Below are positions 41,181 to 50,485 of a stretch of 64,000 bases of DNA, piece after piece. The notes beneath the pieces are model-generated. The model was not told the DNA's origin. It did no database searches and was given only the letters and a program-made list of their open reading frames with translations. Numbering within the stretch: the first letter of the stretch is position 1; each line of letters opens with the position of its first letter. The DNA comes from Bacteroidota bacterium (GTDB lineage Bacteria > Bacteroidota > Bacteroidia > UBA7662 > CANHCV01), in NCBI GenBank assembly GCA_947501265.1, contig CANMVY010000003.1, forward strand, positions 204,676 through 268,675, read 5' to 3'. A program made the translations under genes and the position numbers.

Positions 41181-42966
41181 AAAAATTGGTATTGAATTTG
41201 AATTTGTGTTTGATATCGAGGGGCAGGTAAATAAGGCATGTACCAAACCTGATTCCCCAAAATATTTTGAATGCCTAATTTCCCGCTTAATCCTTTGGGC
41301 AATTTCTCACTGAAATCTATCCATAGATTAACTTGTCCTTGGTTCGGAAGCTGAACGGAAGCGTCGGTAGTAACATTGCGTTTTCCTTGGGCTACCATGC
41401 TCAATTCGCCCTTCAGCCCTTTCCAATTCGTAGCCCATTTCGACTGAATTTTCCAATCGGGTTGATAAAGAAGAGGAATCCAAGCATTTTTCCATTGGCG
41501 TGGTTGCTGGTAAGTTCCATTGAATTCGCCTACAAATCGACCCACACGAATTTGATTGATTTTCCATTCAAGGCCAATACTGCGGGATTGACCAACATTT
41601 TCAGCTTTCCAAAATCCGGCGGAGGTGGGAATCCACAGGATTTGATTGGATAGAAATGTGCCGAAAATGGTTGCTTCAAAATTTTTAACCACTCCTCCCC
41701 ATTCAGCATTCCAACCCTCTTCAGGTTTTAACGAAGGATTTCCGCCAGGAACCCAATACCAATCATTCAAGGTAGGGAATCGAAAAACTTGTCCGATATG
41801 AATTTTCGTCGTAAAGTTAGCTGCCTTTTTTTGAATAAAACCATCCAAAATCCAGGGTGAAAACGATTGTTGGAATTGTTCTTTTCGAACGAGAAAATGG
41901 CCTTGAATGCTGGAATCCTCACTCTCAAAGTTCCACTTTCCTAGTGCATTCCATCTCAATCCATTGAAATCTTGGGCATAATAGGGAGAACGAGCCCAAT
42001 ACCCTTGCCAACCGTTTTCTAAAATAAATAAATGACGTCCTTTGTGAATTTTCCAACGCTGCTGGCTACCCAACCAACCGCAGTGATTGGTATCGTTGAG
42101 TGAAATTTTCGCATCTTCGTATTGATTCCATTCATAACTTCCAAACTCCTCCAATTCCCATTGGTGGTTATTTTTTCTCCAAATTTGCCCATCTTGGAAA
42201 CGAATCATTTTATCGGTTTGTATCGCAGTTCCTTTTCCAGCAACTACAGAAATGGGCAAATGTCGAATGGTATTGGAGGCATGTAACCAACCTTGTTTTC
42301 CCCAACTCATTTGAAATGCCGTTCGCTTCATTTGGGAATTTTCCAGTCGGTTGTTTGGGCTTAGCCCGTTAAGAGATTTGGGAAGGGAGTAATTGAGTTG
42401 ATTTTCTTCCTTAAAGAAGGCGAGATTTAAATTCTTACCCAATGAAACTTTTGTCCCTATGGCGTATGAGCCAAAACTTCCACCTTGCAGGAGAATTGAA
42501 TTTCGCTTGGATTGATCGGGAAGGAGTTGAATATTTCCTCCAACAGCTCCGCCTCCAAAGCTACCGCCAGAGCCTCCCGGTTGAAGGTGAATGGCCCCTA
42601 AGAAGAAGGCCGGAATCAGATTCAAATCGAACACTCCATTGATGGGACTATTGATGGGTTGATTTCCCAGAAGGATTTGGGTGCCAACTCCGGGTAAACC
42701 TCGAAAAGATGCGGTTTGAAGGGCCATCGGGCCGTAACCCCGAATGGTTGCCATGGAGTTCTGGTCTAAAAGGGAAGCAGCTGAAAGGGCGTCCATGCTC
42801 AAAGAGTTGGAGCGATCTAAGGTGGTTGCTGGTGCTGCGGTTGGATAGCTTTTGGGTTTCCGCCGAGTAATGATATCGGCAGGGGCAAGGGTGTCGATTT
42901 TCTGAGAGAAAACCGAAAGAAATCCCGAAGCGAAAATCGCCACGAGCAGGAGTTTTTTTAGCATGT
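41177..42966 (-). CDS. btuB: TonB-dependent receptor, BtuB-like (cobalamin-riboswitch controlled)
   Basis: Signal peptide MLKKLLLVAIFASGFLSVFSQ. Plug and beta-barrel architecture. C-terminal aromatic ...YQF. Cobalamin riboswitch in its 5' leader. Confidence 0.8.
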
Positions 42967-42994
42967 TTTTTCGTTTGGGCATCTCAATCCACGA

Positions 42995-43168
42995 AGATGC
43001 AGGCCTCACATCGCTTTCGGCAGGTCTTCCGACTTTCCTCAGTATTTGTTCCCTTCCCATTCCGGTAGAACAGTGGTACGAACAAATCCTTTCGAGGATT
43101 ACGGCAGCGGGACTGTTCAGGATTTTCACCTGATTCCCTTTTCATCCATGCTTCCATGGAACCGAAAA
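42995..43168 (-). promoter_or_regulatory. Cobalamin (B12) riboswitch
   Basis: Minus strand reads AGGGAATCAGGTGAAAATCCTGAACAGTCCCGCTGCCGTAATCC...GTACCACTGTTC...AGTCGGAAGACCTGCC. This is the GGGAA-GGTG-AA-TCC / CCCGC-CGTAA core, a CCACTG element and a B12 box. Confidence 0.85.
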
Positions 43169-43175
43169 CTGAAAC

Positions 43176-43183
43176 AAAGGTAA
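43176..43183 (-). promoter_or_regulatory. Putative -7 box (TACCTTTG on minus strand) driving the B12 riboswitch/btuB transcript
   Basis: TAnnTTTG match a few nt upstream of the riboswitch 5' end. Confidence 0.4.
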
Positions 43184-43208
43184 TTTAAAATGAGGAATTG
43201 AGCAAGAA

Positions 43209-45578
43209 TTATTTCAACCTCAACAGGGTAATTCCATCGCCACCACGGTCGGCGTGCTCGCTTTCGTAACTTTCTACATTCGGATGTCGCCTCAATTGCT
43301 CTCGAATTAATTTTCTTAAAATTCCATCGCCTCGGCCGTGCAAAATGCTCAAATTCCCAGCCCCGGTTAAAACACAACGATCTAACCATGCATCTAATGC
43401 AGTGATTGCTTCTGGCCCCCTAAATCCTCTTAGATCCAAATTAGAACTTAAGTTTTCCATGGGGTTGGTGATGGAAATAGTTACCTTTTGGGTCGACGTA
43501 TTTTTATGATTTTTGATGGGAATCAATAGCTGTGGATCAACCATCATTCGAATGTCATCAAATTCAACAAAGGCACGTTTGTTTTTCAGTTCTATGATTC
43601 TTCCTTTTCCACCTGTTGGTTGGTATTTTACCCACCCTCCAATGGTTAACGCATCGGAAGAAGCTTTGGGTGGAGGAGGAGGAGGGAGCTTTTTAAGCTC
43701 GTCTTTGATTTTACTTTTTTGAACTTCGAAGGATTGACGAATGACTTTTATTTTTTCTTTTTCAGCACCAGTCGATAAAATGTCTTGAACCGTTTTTTCT
43801 ACTACCCGTTGCGCATCTTGTAGAATTTTGGCAGCTTCTTCTTTGGCTTTCCGAATGATTTCTTTTTCGGTTTGCTTTTGAACAACTTCAGCATTTTTAT
43901 TGATTTGAATGAGTTCTTCCAACAAATCGTCTTTTACAGCATTGCCTTCAATCAATCGCTTTAATTCTTGTTCTCTTCTTTGAAGGTCGATCATCAAAGA
44001 ATCAACGTCTTTTTGTTTTCTTCCGGCCTTATGTTCTGCTTTTTGAATGACCGATGGTGGAATGCCCATTTTTTGAGCAATTTCGAGCGCGTAGGAACTT
44101 CCAGGAATTCCCTGCTCAAATTGAAATCTGGGCTCCAAAGTTTTCAAATTGAAGCTCATGGATGCGTTTTCAATGCCCGGATGTTGTGCAGCAAAGGTTT
44201 TTAAGTTGGAAAAGTGGGTGTTGATCATTCCCCAACAATGCTGCTCGATCAATACCTCTAAAATGGCTTCGGCAATAGCACCGCCAAAAGTAGGGTCTGT
44301 TCCCATCCCAAATTCGTCGATGAGAATGAGGGTTTTATCGTTGCCTTCAGCCATGAATTTACGCATGGTTGCGAGGTGGGCCGAATACGTTGAAAGTTCA
44401 TTTGAAACCGACTGATTGTCGCCCAAATCAACAAAAAATTGTTCGAACCACTTTAAATGAGTCCCAACCTTCGCAGGAATGGGCAGCCCCGATTGTGCCA
44501 TGAGCTGGATCAGTCCTACCGTTTTTAATGCTACCGATTTACCTCCAGCGTTCGGACCCGAAACCAAAATCAGCGATTTTTCTTGATTGGTTTTCAAGGA
44601 CAAGGGAATGGTTGGGCGGTGACGTTTTTGGTTTTGAATAAAAAGAACGGGATTGGTGGCTTCTACCAATTCAAAACCCGTCTCGGAAAATTCAGGAATG
44701 ATGGTTTCTAAATCGCCCAGGGCAGCTGTGACCGAGCGGAAAAAATCCAAAAGGGTGAAAAGCTTAAAAGATTGTTGAAACAGTTGAATTTTGGAACGAA
44801 TCTCTTGGCTCAATTTTGCGAGGATGATTCGTTTTTCCCGTTCCATTTCATACTCGATGTTTTTAAGCTCGTTGTTCAACTCAAAAACTTCATTGGGTTC
44901 GAGGTAAATGGTTTTTCCAGTTGCCGATTCATCGTGAATAACCCCAGGAAATTTACGTTTGTGTTCCACCAATAACGGCATGACCATTCTTCCATTTCGG
45001 ATGGTGATGGAAGGCTCCGTAGTGTAGTTGTTTTCTTTCGCAATTTTGAATAATTGATTTAGGCGACTCCGTGTTTCGTCTTCTTTAACCAAATGACGTT
45101 GGTTCGCCTTTTTCAATTCCGTTGACGCATCGGGTTTGATTTTCCCCTCTTTCGAAATGCATCGGTCAATTTCCTTCAACCAAATTAAATCGAAATGAAA
45201 AGAAGATAAAAACCGATTCAAATGTTCAAAACCTTCGACTTGTTTATCCAAGAATTTCTTGAATTTAACCAGGTTTCTGGCTGATTTTGCGATCAGAAAA
45301 ATGTCATACTCTCCAAGCATGAAACCTTCAATCGCTGCTTCTTTCAATATGGGATTGAGGTCGGGGGTCTCTTCGAAAAAAACATCACCGCCTGAAGTGA
45401 GAAGGGTCCTTAATTCTTCAATGCAATGCATTTGGTGAAGGGCATCTTCCTCGGATTCTAATAAGGGCAGGTGAAGTGCAAATTCTCGAGAAGCCACTCC
45501 TCGACCGTAATGGGAAATGTGCGATTTTAATGCAGAGAAATCGAGTTTATCGATTAAGTATTCGGGATATAGTTTCAC
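43209..45578 (-). CDS. mutS2: Endonuclease MutS2 (MutS domain V ATPase plus C-terminal Smr)
   Basis: Walker A GPNAGGKS. C-terminal Smr domain LDLRGFRGPEAI...LSILHGRGDGILR. Confidence 0.85.
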   Translation of the reverse strand: MKLYPEYLIDKLDFSALKSHISHYGRGVASREFALHLPLLESEEDALHQMHCIEELRTLLTSGGDVFFEETPDLNPILKEAAIEGFMLGEYDIFLIAKSARNLVKFKKFLDKQVEGFEHLNRFLSSFHFDLIWLKEIDRCISKEGKIKPDASTELKKANQRHLVKEDETRSRLNQLFKIAKENNYTTEPSITIRNGRMVMPLLVEHKRKFPGVIHDESATGKTIYLEPNEVFELNNELKNIEYEMEREKRIILAKLSQEIRSKIQLFQQSFKLFTLLDFFRSVTAALGDLETIIPEFSETGFELVEATNPVLFIQNQKRHRPTIPLSLKTNQEKSLILVSGPNAGGKSVALKTVGLIQLMAQSGLPIPAKVGTHLKWFEQFFVDLGDNQSVSNELSTYSAHLATMRKFMAEGNDKTLILIDEFGMGTDPTFGGAIAEAILEVLIEQHCWGMINTHFSNLKTFAAQHPGIENASMSFNLKTLEPRFQFEQGIPGSSYALEIAQKMGIPPSVIQKAEHKAGRKQKDVDSLMIDLQRREQELKRLIEGNAVKDDLLEELIQINKNAEVVQKQTEKEIIRKAKEEAAKILQDAQRVVEKTVQDILSTGAEKEKIKVIRQSFEVQKSKIKDELKKLPPPPPPKASSDALTIGGWVKYQPTGGKGRIIELKNKRAFVEFDDIRMMVDPQLLIPIKNHKNTSTQKVTISITNPMENLSSNLDLRGFRGPEAITALDAWLDRCVLTGAGNLSILHGRGDGILRKLIREQLRRHPNVESYESEHADRGGDGITLLRLK

Positions 45579-45975
45579 GGAGTTTGGTCGAGTCGGTAAT
45601 GGGAGTTTTGGGTGTTGTGATCTGTGATTTTTTCAGATTGATTATGGAATCCAATTGTTGAACAACTGCTTGAAGAATTTGTTCGAACGCTTTTGGATTG
45701 GCTTTTTGATAATATTCCATGGTTTTAAAAAAGGAAGCCGAATCGGTTTGGTGTTTTTTAAAAACCGATAAAAAGATCTGCTTTTTCTCTTGTGGGTTAA
45801 ATTGATGAAATTGGTACACCACGTCGGCATTTTTTACCGATTCAGCCAAGTGAAGATCCAGCAAAGTTGCTGTGAATTTTTCTTGGCTGAGTTCGGGTTG
45901 TAAATCAGAATACGGGGTCGATTCACAACCGAACAAAAAAAGGATCAGCGCAATTTTCGTGTATTTTTGCATCAA
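45547..45975 (-). CDS. Hypothetical lipoprotein (DUF4296-like)
   Basis: Lipobox LILFLFGC. 142 aa. Overlaps the mutS2 start by 32 nt. Confidence 0.45.
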   Translation of the reverse strand: MMQKYTKIALILFLFGCESTPYSDLQPELSQEKFTATLLDLHLAESVKNADVVYQFHQFNPQEKKQIFLSVFKKHQTDSASFFKTMEYYQKANPKAFEQILQAVVQQLDSIINLKKSQITTPKTPITDSTKLRETISRILNR

Positions 45976-46626
45976 AAAATGTCCATGAATTCAACAAAGG
46001 TAAGGAGCATCCTTGAAAGTTTGGAGGAGAAACAGGTAACCCTCATTGCAGTAACCAAACTTCATACCGTTAAAGAAATTCAGCCGTTGTACGATTTAGG
46101 AATTCGGAATTTTGGGGAAAACCGGGTTCAGGAGTTGATGGAAAAAGTGGATCATTTTCCCGGAGTTCACTGGCATTTGATTGGCCACCTCCAACGCAAT
46201 AAGGTAAAATACATTGCTCCATTCATTTCGTGCATTCATTCCATCGATTCTGAAGATTTACTGCAAGAAATCAACAAGCAAGCCGAGCGAAACAACCGAG
46301 TGATCGATGGCTTGTTACAGGTTCATGTGGCCCAAGAGGAGTCGAAATTTGGTTTTCCGGCTTCTACCTTTTTGCAACAAATCCGCGAAATCGATTTTCA
46401 GAATTATCCGCATGTTCGTATTCGCGGAATCATGGGAATGGCTTCAATGGTCACAGATCAAGACCAAATTCGATCTGAATTTCAACAAATAAAATCGCTA
46501 TTTGAAACGTTGAAAACGGAGTTTCCTGAACATTTCAATACCGTTTCTATGGGAATGTCGGGCGATTATGAGCTCGCTATTCAAGAAGGTTCGACCATGG
46601 TTCGCTTGGGAAGTATTTTGTTTTAA
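45967..46626 (+). CDS. YggS family pyridoxal-phosphate-binding protein
   Basis: AVTKLHTV (PLP Lys), GENRVQEL and HLIGHLQRNK motifs. Confidence 0.85.
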   Translation: MHQKMSMNSTKVRSILESLEEKQVTLIAVTKLHTVKEIQPLYDLGIRNFGENRVQELMEKVDHFPGVHWHLIGHLQRNKVKYIAPFISCIHSIDSEDLLQEINKQAERNNRVIDGLLQVHVAQEESKFGFPASTFLQQIREIDFQNYPHVRIRGIMGMASMVTDQDQIRSEFQQIKSLFETLKTEFPEHFNTVSMGMSGDYELAIQEGSTMVRLGSILF

Positions 46627-46674
46627 GGGTAAACTTTTTTTTTAAAAAGGGAGTTTCGAAAAAGCATTTGGTTA

Positions 46675-46682
46675 TACATTTG
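46675..46682 (+). promoter_or_regulatory. Putative -7 box (TACATTTG) for the TPP riboswitch transcript
   Basis: TAnnTTTG match directly upstream of the riboswitch. Confidence 0.4.
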
Positions 46683-46685
46683 CAC

Positions 46686-46815
46686 CACTCTGGGGTGCTT
46701 CATTTTCCATCAAGGCGCCAAAATGGAAAATGTTGCTGAGAACAAACCCAAGAAGTCTCTTTTAAGTGAGGCTTCGGTACCTGATCCAGATAATGCTGGC
46801 GGAGGGACTGAGGGA
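46686..46815 (+). promoter_or_regulatory. TPP (thiamine pyrophosphate) riboswitch
   Basis: GGGGTGC...CTGAGA...ACCTGATCCAGATAATGCTGGCGGAGGGA matches the THI-element consensus (GGGGUGC / CUGAGA / ACCUGAUCUGGAUAAUGCCAGCGUAGGGA). Lies 64 nt upstream of the receptor ATG. Confidence 0.85.
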
Positions 46816-46878
46816 ACTAATCGGTGGTTCGATACCCCATCGTACCGCTACAGTTTCTAACTTAAATTTCAAAAGAAA

Positions 46879-49329
46879 ATGAAAAATTTTTGGTTCGGGA
46901 TCACCTTACTTTTCCCAGCCTTGGCTTTCAGCCAATTCAAAATTACCGGGAATGTAGGGACTTTGGAAGAAAATAGCCGGATGATTGAAAATGCTCTCGT
47001 TCAGGAGAACGGGAATCTCTCAAACACCGTAAAAACCAATGAAAATGGATATTTTGAAATCAATGTATCCTCGCTTCCTTCTAAACTGAAGTTTTCAAGG
47101 ATTGGTTTTCAAACCTTTCTCCTTGAAATCAGAGAAGGTGGAAACATTTCGGTCGGTTTGGCCTATCAACCTCTAGAAACGGAGGAAGTTCTTATCACGG
47201 CAGGAACCAACGTAAGAAAAAATACTCCCGTTGCGGTTACAAATCTGACATCCAAAGACATTCAACCGCTTAATCTCGGGCAAGACATTCCGTTTCTTCT
47301 TCGATTCACTCCTTCGGTGGTGGTTACCTCCGATAATGGAACAGGAATTGGTTACACCGGAATGCGTATTCGTGGTTCCGACGCAACCCGAGTGAATGTT
47401 GCGATCAATGGAGTGCCGTTGAACGATCCTGAAAGTCAGGGTGTTTTTTGGGTAAACATGCCCGATTTTGCTAGTTCTCTTTCTAACATTCAGATTCAGC
47501 GCGGGGTGGGTTCTTCGGTAAACGGTGCAGGTGCATTTGGAGGTACCGTTAACTTGCGTACAGATCAACCCAATCATTTGAACTATGCGGAGTACAGCAT
47601 TTCAGGGGGATCCTTTGGTACGCTTAAGAATACCTTGAAATTCAACGTGAAAACAAATAATTTTCGTTGGAACCTGGAAGGTAGGGTTAGCGATATTCGA
47701 TCAGAAGGCTACATCGACCGAGCCTCTTCTCTCTTGCAAAGTTATTATTTTGCTGCCACCCGTTCCGGTTCCAAATCGGTTCTTAAAATCATGCAGTTTT
47801 CTGGAAAAGAAAGAACGTACCAAAGTTGGTACGGCACGCCGGAATCTCGGGTAAAAAATGACTCTTTGGGAATGATTGCCTATGCTGATCGGAATTATTT
47901 GTCGGACAAAGACCGCAGTAATTTGTTGAACTCGGGTAGATCGTACAATTATTACACCTATCAAAATGAAGTGGATCAATACCAGCAGGACCATGCTCAG
48001 ATTCATTATGGGTATCGATTTAATTCGAAACTTAACTTTCAAACGGCATTGCATTTTACGCATGGGGCCGGGTTTTTTGAGCAGTTCAGAAATGATGATG
48101 ATTTTTCCAACTACCTATTGCCTGCTGTGGTGGTTGGATCTGACTCCATTACTTCCGGAGATTTTATTCGTCGCCGTTGGTTGAATAACTACTTTGGTGG
48201 ATTAACTTTTTCGTTGGACAAAACCTCTACGTTATTCGGGAAAAAGTTTCACGGAATTTTAGGAGGTGCTGTTAACTCCTACACTGGAAACCATTTTGGT
48301 GAAATCATTTGGGCCGAGTGGGCTTCGGTGGCGCCCTTAGGAAAAGAGTATTACCGTTCTCGAGCACGAAAAGTAGATGCCAACATCTACTACAAAGCCG
48401 AGCATCAAGTTTCTGAAAAATGGAACACTTGGTTGGATGTTCAGGTAAGAAGGGTGCTTTATACGGGAACTGGAATCGATAACACCTTGTTACCGGCCGT
48501 TTTCAATGGCGATTATTTGTTCGTTAACCCCAAGGCCGGATTAAATTATCAGCTTTCAAAGAACCAACGTTTGTTTGCATCGGCAGCTGTTGGACAGAAA
48601 GAGCCTATTCGTTCCGATTTTGTTGATAACGCAACTGGAACCGTCCCCAATCCCGAAAAAATGCTCGATTTGGAGTTGGGATATTCCAAAAGAACCCAAA
48701 AATGGATGGTGGAAGCCAACGCGTATTGGATGATTTATCGAGATCAGTTGGTGTTAACCGGCGCGTTGAATGATGTGGGTGCTCCTTTGAGAATCAATGT
48801 TCCCGAATCATTCCGCCGAGGACTTGAAATTCAAGCCGGTTGGAGCATCATTCCTAACAAATTGGAAATCATGGGAAATGTTACCCTAAGTCAGAATAAA
48901 ATTCCGCATTTTACCGAGATGGTTTTCAATTACGATAACATGGCCTACGATTCTACCAAGCATCATCATACCGACATTGCCTTTTCACCGGCTATGGTTG
49001 GAAGTGCTCAATTGGCATGGTCGCCTATGAAGAACATGAAGGCGGTTTGGATGAGTCAACGCGTTGGGAAACAGTACTTAGATAATACCTCGAGCGAAAG
49101 CAGAAAAATGGATGCTTATTGGGTGAATGACTTGCGATTCGAATACAATTTTGGTAGGGTTGGAGATGTTCAAATACGAATGAATGCCTTGGTAAACAAT
49201 GTTTTGAATGCTCAGTTTTCTTCCAACGGTTACACGTTTTCTTATGTTTCAGGAAGCCGGGTTACAGAGAATTTCTTCTATCCGCAAGCCGGAAGGAATT
49301 TACTCGTTGGGGTGACGTTAGGATTTTGA
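46879..49329 (+). CDS. TonB-dependent receptor (TPP-riboswitch regulated; predicted thiamine or thiamine-precursor uptake)
   Basis: Signal peptide. N-terminal carboxypeptidase-regulatory-like domain. Plug motifs (NVAINGVPLND). C-terminal ...VGVTLGF aromatic residue. Confidence 0.85.
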   Translation: MKNFWFGITLLFPALAFSQFKITGNVGTLEENSRMIENALVQENGNLSNTVKTNENGYFEINVSSLPSKLKFSRIGFQTFLLEIREGGNISVGLAYQPLETEEVLITAGTNVRKNTPVAVTNLTSKDIQPLNLGQDIPFLLRFTPSVVVTSDNGTGIGYTGMRIRGSDATRVNVAINGVPLNDPESQGVFWVNMPDFASSLSNIQIQRGVGSSVNGAGAFGGTVNLRTDQPNHLNYAEYSISGGSFGTLKNTLKFNVKTNNFRWNLEGRVSDIRSEGYIDRASSLLQSYYFAATRSGSKSVLKIMQFSGKERTYQSWYGTPESRVKNDSLGMIAYADRNYLSDKDRSNLLNSGRSYNYYTYQNEVDQYQQDHAQIHYGYRFNSKLNFQTALHFTHGAGFFEQFRNDDDFSNYLLPAVVVGSDSITSGDFIRRRWLNNYFGGLTFSLDKTSTLFGKKFHGILGGAVNSYTGNHFGEIIWAEWASVAPLGKEYYRSRARKVDANIYYKAEHQVSEKWNTWLDVQVRRVLYTGTGIDNTLLPAVFNGDYLFVNPKAGLNYQLSKNQRLFASAAVGQKEPIRSDFVDNATGTVPNPEKMLDLELGYSKRTQKWMVEANAYWMIYRDQLVLTGALNDVGAPLRINVPESFRRGLEIQAGWSIIPNKLEIMGNVTLSQNKIPHFTEMVFNYDNMAYDSTKHHHTDIAFSPAMVGSAQLAWSPMKNMKAVWMSQRVGKQYLDNTSSESRKMDAYWVNDLRFEYNFGRVGDVQIRMNALVNNVLNAQFSSNGYTFSYVSGSRVTENFFYPQAGRNLLVGVTLGF

Positions 49330-49350
49330 TCAAGATGCCCTCGAAAAATC

Positions 49351-49381
49351 GGGGGCTTATTTCTTCCACTTTAAGGAGCGG
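49351..49381. repeat. Direct repeat copy 1 (31 bp), a pseudo-3'-end of gldD
   Basis: GGGGGCTTATTTCTTCCACTTTAAGGAGCGG. Identical at 29 of 31 positions to 49898-49928. Reverse complement encodes ...SLKWKK plus stop. Confidence 0.8.
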
Positions 49382-49897
49382 AATCTTAAAAGGAGTTACT
49401 TGAGTTTTTCGTTTCGTCTAGTAATAGATTTTTTTTAAATGGAATTGACTTAACTGGTTAATAAACTTTAACTTAACTCAGGTGCCGCCCTTCGGTAAAC
49501 TCAGGGAGCCGTTGCCCTAAAAATAATAAATTTTTCCATGGGGGATAAATCCCCACCCCCACCGAGAGCAATTTACGGCTTTTTTCGGGGTTAGCCGTAA
49601 ATGAAACGTTTATAAACGTAAGTAAACGATTATAAACGTTTACGATACGACTACGATCATGAAATGCCGTAAATTTGACTTGGGTAGGGGGCGGTAGCCC
49701 CCGTTTCCTCGAGCTTTTGAATTTTTTTCGAAAACAATATTTGCCCCCGTTTACGACTATGGGCGGTCCCTGAGGCAACTCGAAGGGAGCGGGGCGGTGT
49801 CTTCGAGAGCCTCAGACACCGAAAGTGAGAGCCTCAGACACCGGAAATAAGACCCTCAAACACCGTACATATTCCGGTTTCCTCAAAGGCAATTGCT
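49382..49897. mobile_element. About 516-bp gene-free structured insert (MITE-like or remnant of a site-specific integrated element) flanked by 31-bp direct repeats
   Basis: No credible ORF. Imperfect terminal inverted repeats (49479-49517 vs 49761-49799). Hairpins GGGGATAAATCCCC, ATTTACGGC/GCCGTAAAT and GGGGGCGGTAGCCCCC. Two copies of the AAACGTTTATAAACG palindrome. Tandem 22-mers GAGAGCCTCAGACACCG at 49805-49865. Confidence 0.45.
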
Positions 49898-49928
49898 GGG
49901 GGCTTATTTCTTCCACTTCAAGGAGCCG
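49898..49928. repeat. Direct repeat copy 2 (31 bp), the true 3' end of gldD
   Basis: GGGGGCTTATTTCTTCCACTTCAAGGAGCCG. Overlaps the gldD stop codon. Confidence 0.8.
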
Positions 49929-50485
49929 ATCAATTCAATGACGTCCTTTGAAACGTATTGGGTATAAGGTTTAAGCGAATCGGCATTGGGTTCGGTGAAG
50001 AAATAAAGAGCACCTCGAAGGAAATGATTGGTGCTATCGGTCACCCAAAATTGCATGGGCGAGGCTGCATTGCCAGAAACCGAAAACAATAGCCCATGCA
50101 CTCGATTTTCATCGTTATGAATGACGTTTTCCGAAATGCCATTGGCTCTTTGCTGGTGTTTGCTGGTGAAGAGGTAGGCATCGTTCATCATTTCCTGCAA
50201 TTTTGATTTACCTTCGAATTGCTTGTAGCTCAAATGGATTTTCGCTTTGATGGTTGGATACTCGATGTCCAAAAAATAATCTCCCGGGTTAGATGGTTTT
50301 TTCCGAGGGTAAGAAGATTTAGCGATGTTTGCTGAAAAGGGAATCGAATCGGCCAAAGGTTGGTACCCAGCCGGAGGCAATTCCACTTTCGGATAGCCGA
50401 TGGGTTTAGGCGCATAAGAATCGTTGGTGCACGCACCCAATAGAATGGCAGCGCCGAGGCTACATCGATAAATGTACTTTTTCAA
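49904..50485 (-). CDS. gldD: Gliding motility lipoprotein GldD
   Basis: Sits immediately downstream of gldE in the conserved mutY-ssb-gldE-gldD order. Lipoprotein signal MKKYIYRCSLGAAILLGAC if a TTG start at about 50485 is used; the track ORF extends to 50569 inside gldE. Confidence 0.6.
   Translation of the reverse strand: MKKYIYRCSLGAAILLGACTNDSYAPKPIGYPKVELPPAGYQPLADSIPFSANIAKSSYPRKKPSNPGDYFLDIEYPTIKAKIHLSYKQFEGKSKLQEMMNDAYLFTSKHQQRANGISENVIHNDENRVHGLLFSVSGNAASPMQFWVTDSTNHFLRGALYFFTEPNADSLKPYTQYVSKDVIELIGSLKWKK

Noticed and set aside
43126-43389. 87-aa minus-strand ORF overlapping the mutS2 3' end and the riboswitch promoter
   Set aside because: It overlaps a well-supported CDS and a riboswitch leader and has no coding features.
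46829-46850. GGTTCGATACCCC resembling a tRNA T-arm downstream of the TPP aptamer
   Set aside because: No acceptor, D or anticodon arms can be built around it. It is part of the riboswitch expression platform.
49473-49778. 101-aa minus-strand ORF inside the 516-bp insert
   Set aside because: Low-complexity translation with no start context or signal. It lies entirely across hairpins and inverted repeats, so it is most likely a chance ORF in structured non-coding DNA.
49330-49930. tmRNA, RNase P RNA, SRP RNA or retron msr/msd in the structured insert
   Set aside because: Conserved cores are absent on either strand by eye: tmRNA acceptor and tag (ANDENYALAA) reading frame, RNase P GGAAAGTCCGGGC / AGGGTGAAA, SRP GGUGCUGUUUAACC. 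No reverse transcriptase gene is adjacent.
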